DNA of 64,000 bases from Verrucomicrobiota bacterium. GTDB lineage: Bacteria; Verrucomicrobiota; Verrucomicrobiia; Limisphaerales; SIBE01. Positions 16,499 to 24,616 of the stretch are shown here, one piece after another (position 1 is the first letter of the stretch; each line of letters begins with the position of its first letter). The notes below the pieces were generated by a model, which had not been told where the DNA came from, made no database searches, and saw only the letters and a program-made list of their open reading frames with translations. The position numbers and the translations under genes are program-made. Where the stretch lies: positions 18,372-82,371 of the forward strand of contig VHCZ01000003.1 in assembly GCA_016871535.1 (NCBI GenBank), given 5' to 3'.

Positions 16499-18412
16499 AT
16501 GGTCATGTTTGTTGTGGACCTGATCGCGTTGCGTTGGGTCGCGCTGTGGTTGGCGTTGACCTCGAAAAATCTCAGCCAGGCCATGGGCGGGGCGTGGGTC
16601 CGCATTCTGGGGCTGCCCTGGCTAATCTACCTCGGACTCTATTGGTCGTGGACCCTGCTGTTCCAATTCGCGGGCCGGCCCGGTCCCGATCTGACTCTGC
16701 AGGCGTGGACGATTTGCTGGCTGACCATTGGGCTGTTGTTCGATGCAGTATTTGGCTTGCAAGCCAGGCGTGGCTTCTTGATGGAATTTCGCGCGCTCGC
16801 ATCGGAACGGAGCGATTCGAGGAAATCGGATGCCGTGCGACCCGCAGCGAGGAATCTACTTCGCGGTGCGCTCAATTCATTGACACGCATCATTTCCCCT
16901 TCCAGGGGAGCACACGCGCCTCCGCGTGTCCCGTCCGGCGCCCCCGCCGGTCGGCCATCTCACAGTAACGATCTACAAACCGCAGATCAGCCGGCGGCTT
17001 CGTTGGCCCAAACGCGCGCGCCGCGTGCGTTTCCCGGTTTTGCGTCGCGGCGGCACGCACTTGCTGGAGCGTTGATTGGCGCCGCATTGTTAGGGGCAAG
17101 TTGGTTCGGGTGGTATCGATGGTCGCTCAGCCGGCAAATCAAAGTTCATTTCGCGGCGATTCAAAAAGCCGGAGAACCCGTGACGGAGGCGGACTTGCTC
17201 AAGTGGCATCCGCCGATTCCAGGTGAGGAGAATGCCGCGAGCGTGGTCGAGCGTGCGGCCCTCGCTCTGTTTTCAACCCAGTGGCTGCCGAAGCCCGCGC
17301 AAGACCTCGTCAGAAGCCTGCCAACCGCGGGGCCGTCCCTTCGCGCCGAGCGGTTGAGTGAGGAATGCAGGGAAGTGCTCGCGGGCTTCATCTCCAGCAA
17401 TCAAACCGCGTTGCGCGTCGTTCATGAAGTTCCGCGTTATCCGAAAAGCCGCTACGACTCCGTCTGGAACCGCACGCAAAACCCGGTCTGGTCCTGGTGG
17501 GTGCCAACTTTGCGCGGCGCGCACGAATTGATGCATGTGTTGCGGATCGAGGCTCTGCTGCAAATCGACGAGAACCAACCCGGTCCGGCATTGCGCTCCT
17601 TGAACGCGCTGCTGGCGGTGTCCCGGACGCTCGCCCAGGAACCGCTGCTGGGACCGCGGGGGCTGCAAAACACCGGGCTGAACTCCGCGGCTTCGTTGCT
17701 CGAATGTCTGCTCACGCGCCACGCGCTCTCGGACGGCGAACTGCGAGAGTTATCGGCGCGCTTCAATCTGCTCCAAACCTCGAACCGGCTTGCGCGCGCC
17801 ATGGCTGGCGAACGCTACGAACGCATTCATCTGTTTGAAATGCCGGCGCCCCGGTTGCTCGCGCTCTGGATGCCGGGGATGTCGGGTTGGCAGACGGCCG
17901 CCCTGGGAGCGATCCAGAGCGTGCGCGCCTGGACCGGATTGCGGGATCGCGATCTGCTGGAGTTCCTGGAATTGACCGAACAGCAGATCGAAATTGCGCG
18001 GCTCCCATTTCCGGAATGCTTGAGCAAGGCCGCCGCAGTATCGGGGGCAATCCGCGACCCGTCGAGGTCGCCGCTGGCGATTCCATCCGGCATGGGTCTG
18101 GATCTGCCAGGGATTCTGGTGGGGGAAGCGGAAAAGGAATCCCGGTTAAGGGCGGTGCTGGTCGGGTTGGCGGTCGAACGCTATCGCGTGGCCAAGGGCG
18201 GCCGGCTTCCGGAAAACCTGGGGGAACTGATTCCGGAGCAACTCCAGGCCATTCCCCTCGATCCGTTCGACGGAAAACCGATCCGCTACAAACGGCTCGC
18301 CCGCGGTTACGTGACTTACGGTATCGGCAAAGACAACACGGATAATGGCGGCCAGGAATACACAGGATTCGCGAGACGCCCCATGGACGTCACGTTCACC
18401 GTGGAACGGTGA
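16499..18412 (+). CDS. Large hypothetical membrane protein; possibly two ORFs joined in frame through repeat A2
   Basis: TM-rich N-terminal part (VMFVVDLIALRWVALWLAL..., WTICWLTIGLLF). After the repeat comes a TM anchor LAGALIGAALLGASWFGWY, a helical region and the tail PLDPFDGKPIRYKRLARGYVTYGIGKDNTDNGG. Start is uncertain: ATG at 16499 or TTG at 16421. The ORF-track start at 16268 reads through a family C hairpin. Confidence 0.6.
   Translation: MVMFVVDLIALRWVALWLALTSKNLSQAMGGAWVRILGLPWLIYLGLYWSWTLLFQFAGRPGPDLTLQAWTICWLTIGLLFDAVFGLQARRGFLMEFRALASERSDSRKSDAVRPAARNLLRGALNSLTRIISPSRGAHAPPRVPSGAPAGRPSHSNDLQTADQPAASLAQTRAPRAFPGFASRRHALAGALIGAALLGASWFGWYRWSLSRQIKVHFAAIQKAGEPVTEADLLKWHPPIPGEENAASVVERAALALFSTQWLPKPAQDLVRSLPTAGPSLRAERLSEECREVLAGFISSNQTALRVVHEVPRYPKSRYDSVWNRTQNPVWSWWVPTLRGAHELMHVLRIEALLQIDENQPGPALRSLNALLAVSRTLAQEPLLGPRGLQNTGLNSAASLLECLLTRHALSDGELRELSARFNLLQTSNRLARAMAGERYERIHLFEMPAPRLLALWMPGMSGWQTAALGAIQSVRAWTGLRDRDLLEFLELTEQQIEIARLPFPECLSKAAAVSGAIRDPSRSPLAIPSGMGLDLPGILVGEAEKESRLRAVLVGLAVERYRVAKGGRLPENLGELIPEQLQAIPLDPFDGKPIRYKRLARGYVTYGIGKDNTDNGGQEYTGFARRPMDVTFTVER
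16905..17037. repeat. Family A element, copy A2, embedded in an open reading frame
   Basis: Left arm ggggagcacacgcgcctccgcgtgtcccgtccggcgcccccgccggtcggcc. Degenerate right arm ..gccggcggcttcg..gcgcgcgccgcgtgcgtttccc. Translates as GAHAPPRVPSGAPAGRPS. Confidence 0.7.
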
Positions 18413-18421
18413 ATCGTGGAG

Positions 18422-19453
18422 CTAACGTTTCCCAGGGTAGCTCGTTCCTCGCAACCCTGGGCTTTGCGTCGGAATTCCGTTTGGATCCTCGTCCAAATCA
18501 AGACCCCTCAATCCCCTACCCTCAACCAGCGACGCCGCCTGCCGGCTCGCGCGCAGCAGCGAAGCGAGGACCGCCACGGCTAACAGCGCGACAATGACCA
18601 GAAGTGAGGTCAGCGTCGGAATCTTGTAAAGGCCGGACACCAGCATCTTCGCGCCGACGAAGACCAGCACCGCCGCCAGCCCGTAGTGCAGATAGGAGAA
18701 GCGTTGCATGACGCCGGCCAGCGCGAAGAACATGGAGCGCAATCCCAGGATGGCGAATACGTTCGACGTATAGACGATGAACGGGTCCGTCGTGATGGCC
18801 AGCACGGCGGGCACGGAGTCCACGGCGAACACCAGATCGGTCGTCTCCAGCATCAGGAGAACGACGAAGAGCGGTGTGGCCAGCCACAGCTTGTCCTGTT
18901 TCACGAAGAATTTGCCGCCCTGAAACGCCGCCGTGACCGGCATGAACCGCCGAAAAAGCCTCAGCACAGGATTCTTCTCCGGATGCACATCGTGGTTTTT
19001 CTGCACGATCATCTTGATTCCGCTCACGACGAGCAACGCGCCAAAGAGATAGGTAATCCAGTGGAACCGGTGGAGGAGCGTGACCCCGGCGGCGATGAAC
19101 ACGGCGCGCATGGCCAGCGCGCCCAGAATTCCCCAGAACAAAACCTTGTGCTGATACTGCGCCGGCACCTTGAAGTAAGCGAAGATCAGCAGGAACACGA
19201 AGAGGTTGTCCACGCTCAGCGACAGTTCGACCAGATAGCCGGTCAGAAATTCCAATCCTTTTTCGCCCCCGCGCCAGTGCCAGACTCCGGCGTTGAAGAG
19301 CAAGGCGAGAGCGACCCAAAGCCCGCTCCACATCAACGCCTCTTTCATGCCGACCGCGCGCGTCTTGCGGTGAAACACGCCCAGGTCCAGCGCCAGCATT
19401 GCCCCGACGAAGAGCGCGAATCCAACGCAAAGCCAAGTGGAGTATGTATTCAC
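18422..19453 (-). CDS. TerC family integral membrane protein
   Basis: 343 aa, multi-TM. Shows the duplicated ELSLSVDNLFVF and ETTDLVFAVDSVPAVLAIT motifs typical of TerC/Alx. Confidence 0.9.
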   Translation of the reverse strand: MNTYSTWLCVGFALFVGAMLALDLGVFHRKTRAVGMKEALMWSGLWVALALLFNAGVWHWRGGEKGLEFLTGYLVELSLSVDNLFVFLLIFAYFKVPAQYQHKVLFWGILGALAMRAVFIAAGVTLLHRFHWITYLFGALLVVSGIKMIVQKNHDVHPEKNPVLRLFRRFMPVTAAFQGGKFFVKQDKLWLATPLFVVLLMLETTDLVFAVDSVPAVLAITTDPFIVYTSNVFAILGLRSMFFALAGVMQRFSYLHYGLAAVLVFVGAKMLVSGLYKIPTLTSLLVIVALLAVAVLASLLRASRQAASLVEGRGLRGLDLDEDPNGIPTQSPGLRGTSYPGKR

Positions 19454-19467
19454 TGGATGGAAATAGA

Positions 19468-19552
19468 GGGGATGGCCGGTTATGGCAGGATGCAGAGAGA
19501 CGTCGCGAGCGGCTTCTGAATCGTCAGCGGAACTTCGCTCGCATTCATCCCC
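19468..19552 (-). promoter_or_regulatory. Structured 5' leader of the TerC gene (riboswitch candidate, unconfirmed)
   Basis: Minus-strand RNA: outer stem GGGGAUG...CAUCCCC encloses an inner stem GCGAGCG-N24-CGCUCGC, ending about 15 nt before the GTG start. Confidence 0.3.
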
Positions 19553-19699
19553 GCCTCCGGGAGAAACGGGCCGCTTCGCCCCTGGTTCTTCCCTTGAACC
19601 GTTCCTCCGGACCGTGGCCTTTAGGCCGCTTCAACGCTCGACTCCGGAGAGTGCGCGGAAGCAGTCTGAAGGCTGCGGTCCGCACGGTTTTCGATTCAA

Positions 19700-20015
19700 G
19701 GGCCATGTGCATGGCCCTGAGGCCAAGAAAGCTTCCCATGAACGTCGGTTCGTAGCCGCCGAGGTAACATGGCGGACACTTTGGTTAACCCGGAAATCCG
19801 CCTCCTCCCGTCGTCGGCTACGGTTCATGGCCCCAATGCGCGCTTTTTGGGCGTGGAAGCTTCCCATGAACCGGACGGCGGGGCGAGCCTGTCCCCAGCG
19901 AGCCGCGTCGGACGTGTTCCACGCATGTCGAGCGGCTCGCCGGGGTGGACTCGCCCTTCGGCGGTCGTGAACCGAGTGCAGATCCGAAAGGAACAGGGCC
20001 CTTTCCATGAACCGG
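19700..20015. repeat. Cluster of three repeat modules, each ending in (a)agcttcccatgaac; includes degenerate family B core B1 (19879-19958)
   Basis: The gcttcccatgaac-type motif ends at about 19743, 19870 and 20010. Module 2 holds the palindrome gtagccgccga...tcgtcggctac. B1 is gcggggcgagcctgtccccagcgagccg...cggctcgccggggtggactcgccctt. Confidence 0.75.
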
Positions 20016-20121
20016 AAGACGCGGGTAATCGCAACCGCCTCGGGGGCGGACGCCGTGTATTCAAAAGGAATCCACGTGAGTTCAGCCTCATCGCCACCTC
20101 GGTGTGCGATCTCTTTCCTTT

Positions 20122-20427
20122 TCACGCGAGTTCCCTTTTGAGCAAAAAGCTCCTGCGAATTCGCCGGAGCAGAAATGCGATGCCTCTGCGAAGAGATTGC
20201 ACCGTGATCCTCCTGATCCTTGTGGAAGGTTCGCTCTTTGATTTCTTCGGCACCATCGCGCGCGCCGACCGCAGCCAGCGTCTGGCCCAGGCAAACTCAA
20301 CCGCGAGAATCGCCAGCCCGAGTGGAATCACAATGAAGGCCGGACCGGGAAGCACGACGAGCGCCAGACCGAGGAGCAGGACCGTGCCGCCCAGTACGAC
20401 CACTAAAATGCGCCGGATGTAGTTCAT
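20122..20427 (-). CDS. PGPGW-domain small membrane protein
   Basis: MNYIRRILVVVLGGTVLLLGLALVVLPGPAFIVIPLGLAILAVEFAWARRW. ATG at 20427 overlaps the upstream stop (ATGA). Confidence 0.7.
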   Translation of the reverse strand: MNYIRRILVVVLGGTVLLLGLALVVLPGPAFIVIPLGLAILAVEFAWARRWLRSARAMVPKKSKSEPSTRIRRITVQSLRRGIAFLLRRIRRSFLLKRELA

Positions 20428-20609
20428 GACGCTCCCTGCGCTGCGCTCAGAGGATTGCCGGGTTGCCGGCCCGCGATCTGCCTCCAGTCCCGGAGCAGCG
20501 CGGCCATTCCCGCGGGGACCAGCAGCAGTGCCAACAACAAAAGCACTGCAACCAAAGCGGTCTTCGCCAGGGCCGAGGAACAGAGCTTGATCGAGAGCCA
20601 TGTCGTCAT
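20424..20609 (-). CDS. Small hydrophobic protein (61 aa), translationally coupled to the PGPGW gene
   Basis: TM segment TALVAVLLLLALLLVPAGMAALL. 4-nt ATGA overlap with the downstream gene. Confidence 0.45.
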   Translation of the reverse strand: MTTWLSIKLCSSALAKTALVAVLLLLALLLVPAGMAALLRDWRQIAGRQPGNPLSAAQGAS

Positions 20610-20704
20610 CGCTTCACGCGGCCACTTTCTCGTCAGTCGGAGGATTAGACTAATACGATTTCTCGATTGGACTTTTAGGTTTAAGTGAAAGATGGTGCCG
20701 GGGC

Positions 20705-21610
20705 ATGGAATTCTTGAACTACCACCACTTGCGCTATTTCTGGTCGGTCGCGCGGGAAGGCAGCCTGACCAAAGCCGCGGCGAAGCTTCGCGTTTCGCAA
20801 CCTACCATCAGCGCGCAAATTCAGGCTCTGGAAGGCGTGCTCGGAGAGAAGCTATTTCGGCGGGCGGGCCGTGGATTAGCCCTGACGGACGTGGGCCAGC
20901 AAGTGTTGAGTTACGCGGAAGAAATTTTTTCGCTGGGGCAGGACTTGCTGAACTCGGTGAAGCAGCGGCCCACGTCGCGCCCCTTGAGGTTGCATCTCGG
21001 CGTGTCGGACGCGCTGCCCAAGCTGGTCGTTTATCGCATCATCGAGCCGATCTTTCGCTTCCCGCAGCCCGTCCAGGTTTCCTGCTGGGAAACCAAACTC
21101 ACGGACATGCTCATCGAGTTGGCGGCGTACCGGCTGGACGTCGTGCTGGCCGATGAACCGGCCTCCACGGGAGTCACCACGCGCGTCTTCAACCATTTTC
21201 TGGGCGAATGCGGGGTGACGTTCTGCGCGTTGCCGGTTCTGGCGGACAAGCTCAAGCGCGGCTTTCCGCGCTCCTTGAATGGCGCGCCGGCTCTGTTGCC
21301 GATGTCAAGCAGCGGGCTACGCCGCTCGCTGGAAAAATGGTTTCAGGCTACGGGCGTCCGGCCGCGGCTAGCCGCAGAGATCGAGGATCCGGCGCTGGTG
21401 AACGTCCTCGCGCTCCACGGCCTGGGCTTTATGCCGGTGCCGACCTTTGTGGTCGAAGAGGTCATCAATCGGTTTGGGTTCCGCGCCATCGGACGGACGG
21501 ACGAGTGCCAGCAGCAATTCTACGCCATTACGCCGGAACGCAGACTAACCCATCCCGCCGTGACCGCGATTACCTCGGACGCGCGCGGCAGAATGTTTCC
21601 CGGCGCATGA
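20705..21610 (+). CDS. LysR-family transcriptional regulator (NhaR-like)
   Basis: N-terminal HTH LNYHHLRYFWSVAREGSLTKAAAKLRVSQPTISAQIQALEGVLGEKLFRRAGRGL resembles NhaR. Divergent from the PGPGW pair. Confidence 0.88.
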   Translation: MEFLNYHHLRYFWSVAREGSLTKAAAKLRVSQPTISAQIQALEGVLGEKLFRRAGRGLALTDVGQQVLSYAEEIFSLGQDLLNSVKQRPTSRPLRLHLGVSDALPKLVVYRIIEPIFRFPQPVQVSCWETKLTDMLIELAAYRLDVVLADEPASTGVTTRVFNHFLGECGVTFCALPVLADKLKRGFPRSLNGAPALLPMSSSGLRRSLEKWFQATGVRPRLAAEIEDPALVNVLALHGLGFMPVPTFVVEEVINRFGFRAIGRTDECQQQFYAITPERRLTHPAVTAITSDARGRMFPGA

Positions 21611-21674
21611 AACTCTCGATCTGTTTAGTGTTCCGGATAATTCTGGAAAGATGAGGAGGCCTTCCCGATGCGCT

Positions 21675-22514
21675 TCACTTCTTGGGCGCAGTATCCGTTT
21701 TGGGAAGCTGATCCGCTTTGATGACCTCGATCTGGGCGCCTTTCTTGAGTTCCTCGGCCGATGGGACCTTGATGATGTCGCTCGTGACCGGCTGAGGCAC
21801 GGGAGCCGGGACCGGCGGGGGCACCGTGGTGGAAACCAAATCGATTTCGAAGGTCAGCAGGGAATTCGGTCCAATCTGAGATCCGTAGCCGCGCTCGCCG
21901 TACGCCAGGTCCGGCGGGATGAACAACTGCCATTTCGAGCCAACCTTCATGAGCTGCAAAGCTTCGGTCCAGCCCTTGATCACCCCGGTGACGGGGAAGG
22001 TGGCAGGCTGGCCTCGTTTATGCGAACTGTCAAACTCGGCGCCGTCAAGCAGCGTGCCCCGATAATGAACAGTGACCGTGTCGTTGCTGCCGGGCGTTGG
22101 GCCGTTGCCGGCGGTGAGCACCTTGTATTGCAGACTGCTGGGCAAAGTCACGATGCCGGGTTTGCCTTTGTTTTCAGCCAGAAATTTCGCGGCTTCGGTT
22201 TTGTTTTTCTCGCCGAGTTGCTTTCGCTTTTCCTCCTGCCTGACGCGATGCTCGGTTCGGTAGGCGGCCAGGACGTCGCGCATTTCCTGTTCGGTCAGGA
22301 GCAACTTGGCTCCGGACAGCACGTCTTTGATCCCTTTGAGAACTTGCTCGGGATCGAATTCCGTATAGTCCTGTTGCTTCCAATTCTGGCCAATGTTGAC
22401 GCCCACGCTGTAGCTGATCTGGGCGTTTTTGTCCGGAAGCACCGGTTTGTCCGCGGCGTGGAGAGAGACCAGGCCTGAGACGGCCACCAAAAAAGCGACT
22501 GAGAATGATTTCAT
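21675..22514 (-). CDS. FKBP-type peptidyl-prolyl cis-trans isomerase (FkpA/Mip-like)
   Basis: Signal peptide, N-terminal dimerisation-type helices, and FKBP domain VTVHYRGTLLDGAEFDSS...GWTEALQLMKVGSKWQLFIPPDLAYGERG. Confidence 0.9.
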   Translation of the reverse strand: MKSFSVAFLVAVSGLVSLHAADKPVLPDKNAQISYSVGVNIGQNWKQQDYTEFDPEQVLKGIKDVLSGAKLLLTEQEMRDVLAAYRTEHRVRQEEKRKQLGEKNKTEAAKFLAENKGKPGIVTLPSSLQYKVLTAGNGPTPGSNDTVTVHYRGTLLDGAEFDSSHKRGQPATFPVTGVIKGWTEALQLMKVGSKWQLFIPPDLAYGERGYGSQIGPNSLLTFEIDLVSTTVPPPVPAPVPQPVTSDIIKVPSAEELKKGAQIEVIKADQLPKTDTAPKK

Positions 22515-22610
22515 AACGATATTTCTTTTGGGTTAGAGTTCCCAAAAAGTCTCCTGGTTTCAATAGAATTATCTGTTGCTCCGGCCCGGCCCGTCGTTAG
22601 ATTCCGTTTC

Positions 22611-24257
22611 GTGAAATCCTGGAACGCGGGCAAAGTAGGACAGGCTTCCAGCCTGTCTCCTTCCGATGAAGCGAACGGTAGGGCGAGCCTGTCTCCAGCG
22701 AGCCGAGTCGGACGTGTTCCACGCACGTCGAACGGCTCGACGGGACGGACTCGCCCTGCCGGGTTCATGGGCCGTGTGCAGGTCCGAAAGGAACAGGAAG
22801 CTTCCCATAAACCAACCCACCCCTCCACCCCTCCCAGCAGGGGAAGGGGTAGGTTCACGGGCTGTCTGCACTTCGGCTTCGTCGTCGCTTCCCTGCTGCT
22901 CTTCTCCTTTTCCCTGGCTGCGCAAACTCAAGAGGTGAAAACACCGGGTGATGACCGGAATCACTCCGTCAGTTTCGCCAAGGACATCGCTCCTATCTTT
23001 TCCAAAAAGTGCTTCAAATGCCACAGCGCCGAGAAACCCAAAGGCAGTTTTCAACTCCACACGTTCGATCTGTTGCTGAAGGCCGGAGACAGCAAATCCC
23101 CGCCGATCGTTCCAGGCGACGCCAGCCAAAGCGAACTTTACCGGCGCCTGGTTGCCTCGGACGGGGACGACCGAATGCCGCAAAAGGATGATCCGCTCCC
23201 GGCCAGCCAAATCGCATTGATCGAACGCTGGATCAAGGAAGGCGCGCGCTTCGACGGGCCGGACTCCAAAGCTCCGATTGTCTCATTGATCCCGCGCGAC
23301 CCGTATCCGGATCCGCCGGCGAAGTACCGTTTTCCGGTCCAGATCACCGCGCTCGCGTTCAGCCCGGATGGAAGCGAACTGGCGGTCGCAGGCTATCATG
23401 AAATCACCGTCTGGGATCCCGTCGCGGGAAAGCTTCTGCGCCGAATCAAAAACGTGGCCGAAAGGACTTATGCTTTGGCCTACAGGCCGAATGGCGCCGT
23501 CCTGGCGGCGGCAAGCGGCGTTCCGGGCCAGACCGGGGAATCGGCGCTTTACGATCCGAAGGAAGGCAAGCTGATCAAGAGTCTTGGCACAACGACGGAT
23601 GTGATGCTGGCCCTTAGTTTCAGTCCGGACGGCGCACGACTCGCCGTCGGCGGCGCGGATAATGCCATCCGCGTTTACGACGCGGCCAGCGGCAAGGAAA
23701 TGCTGCTGATCCAGCAACACGCCGATTGGGTGACGGCGCTGGCGTTCAGCAAAGATGGGAGCCATCTGGCCTCGGCGAGCCGGGATCGCTCCGCCCGCGT
23801 CTATGACAGCAAGAGCGGCGAACTCGAAACCACTTACAACGAGCACGCCGGGTCGGTTCTGGCCGTGGCGTTCGCGGAGGATGGCAAACAGGTTTTCAGC
23901 GCGGGCAAAGAAAAGAAGATTCTCGTCTGGAACGCCGCCGACGCTCGAAAAGCCGGCGAGTTGGTCGGCTTCGAAGGCGACATCGTCAAACTCCTGGCCG
24001 ATGGACCGAATCTGTTCAGTTGTTCAAGCGACAAAACGGTCCGGCAACACGACGCCGCGGATCGCAAATTGATCCAGACGTATTCCGGGCACAAAGACTG
24101 GGTTTATTCGCTGGCGTACCATCCACAGACCCGGCGCCTCGCCAGCGGCAGCCACGACGGTGAAGTGCGCATTTGGACGACGGAAGACGGGAAGCTTCTC
24201 GCGTCCTTCACCGCGGCGCCGGGCTACTTCGCCGCCAGAGATCAACAGAAGCCGTAG
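22611..24257 (+). CDS. PSCyt1 (planctomycete cytochrome c-like) plus WD40-repeat protein; start codon uncertain
   Basis: FAKDIAPIFSKKCFKCHSAEKPKGSFQL...RMPQ is followed by about 7 WD40 units. The signal-like segment CLHFGFVVASLLLFSFSLAAQ starts near 22866. The first roughly 80 codons of the ORF are read-through of repeat B2. Confidence 0.8.
   Translation: MKSWNAGKVGQASSLSPSDEANGRASLSPASRVGRVPRTSNGSTGRTRPAGFMGRVQVRKEQEASHKPTHPSTPPSRGRGRFTGCLHFGFVVASLLLFSFSLAAQTQEVKTPGDDRNHSVSFAKDIAPIFSKKCFKCHSAEKPKGSFQLHTFDLLLKAGDSKSPPIVPGDASQSELYRRLVASDGDDRMPQKDDPLPASQIALIERWIKEGARFDGPDSKAPIVSLIPRDPYPDPPAKYRFPVQITALAFSPDGSELAVAGYHEITVWDPVAGKLLRRIKNVAERTYALAYRPNGAVLAAASGVPGQTGESALYDPKEGKLIKSLGTTTDVMLALSFSPDGARLAVGGADNAIRVYDAASGKEMLLIQQHADWVTALAFSKDGSHLASASRDRSARVYDSKSGELETTYNEHAGSVLAVAFAEDGKQVFSAGKEKKILVWNAADARKAGELVGFEGDIVKLLADGPNLFSCSSDKTVRQHDAADRKLIQTYSGHKDWVYSLAYHPQTRRLASGSHDGEVRIWTTEDGKLLASFTAAPGYFAARDQQKP
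22634..22812. repeat. GTAG hairpin plus family B core B2 plus conserved flank
   Basis: gtaggacaggcttccagcctgtctcc at 22635-22660. Core gtagggcgagcctgtctccagcgagccg..cggctcgacgggacggactcgccctgc at 22678-22759. Flank gggttcatgggccgtgtgcaggtccgaaaggaacaggaagcttcccataaacc. Confidence 0.85.
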
Positions 24258-24317
24258 CAAGGTGGGCGACGCTCCCGCGCAGCCTCGTCAACTGATGGAA
24301 GCTTGAGGGGGGTGCGA

Positions 24318-24598
24318 CTTAGAGCGTGTCCGAAAATTGCGCGGGGTCCTGCGGCGAGGGATTTTGGCTGTGGCCAAGGCGGCGAGGTCCGAGCATCCCC
24401 AACGCGGGCTGTAAGGACCGAGCCAACGCAGGCCACGGACAAAAGACCCGCCGCCCGGAGGGTTTTCGCGCCAAAGGCCGCCTGGCTTCGTTGCTCCTCA
24501 GTCGAAGATCCAGGGAGGATATTCTCCTTCGTCGCGCCTCGCCATCCGGCCTTTGGCGCGAAAACAGGACCCCGCGGAATTTTCGGACACGCTCTTAA
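24318..24598. repeat. Family F structured element, copy F1 (281 bp)
   Basis: 34-nt terminal inverted repeat: cttagagcgtgtccgaaaattgcgcggggtcctg versus caggaccccgcggaattttcggacacgctcttaag. The internal core is homologous to 32311-32525. Confidence 0.85.
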
Positions 24599-24616
24599 AG
24601 TGTAGGTCATTGACTT

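Noticed and set aside
19482-20125. Several 160-220-aa ORFs on both strands in the 19.5-20.4 kb region.
   Set aside because: The region is a cluster of repeats (family B and related modules). The translated peptides (…GRACPQRAASDVFHACRAARRGGLAL…) recur wherever the repeat occurs, in any frame.
22611-22860. The recurrent peptide GRASLSPASRVGRVPRTS... and similar (GAHAPPRVP..., DGVESVPT, ADFQSAVSPI) seen in many ORF-track entries, considered as a possible conserved protein domain.
   Set aside because: These are translations of the dispersed DNA palindromes (families B, A, C and D). They appear in different frames and on both strands, and are attached to unrelated ORFs as false N-terminal extensions.
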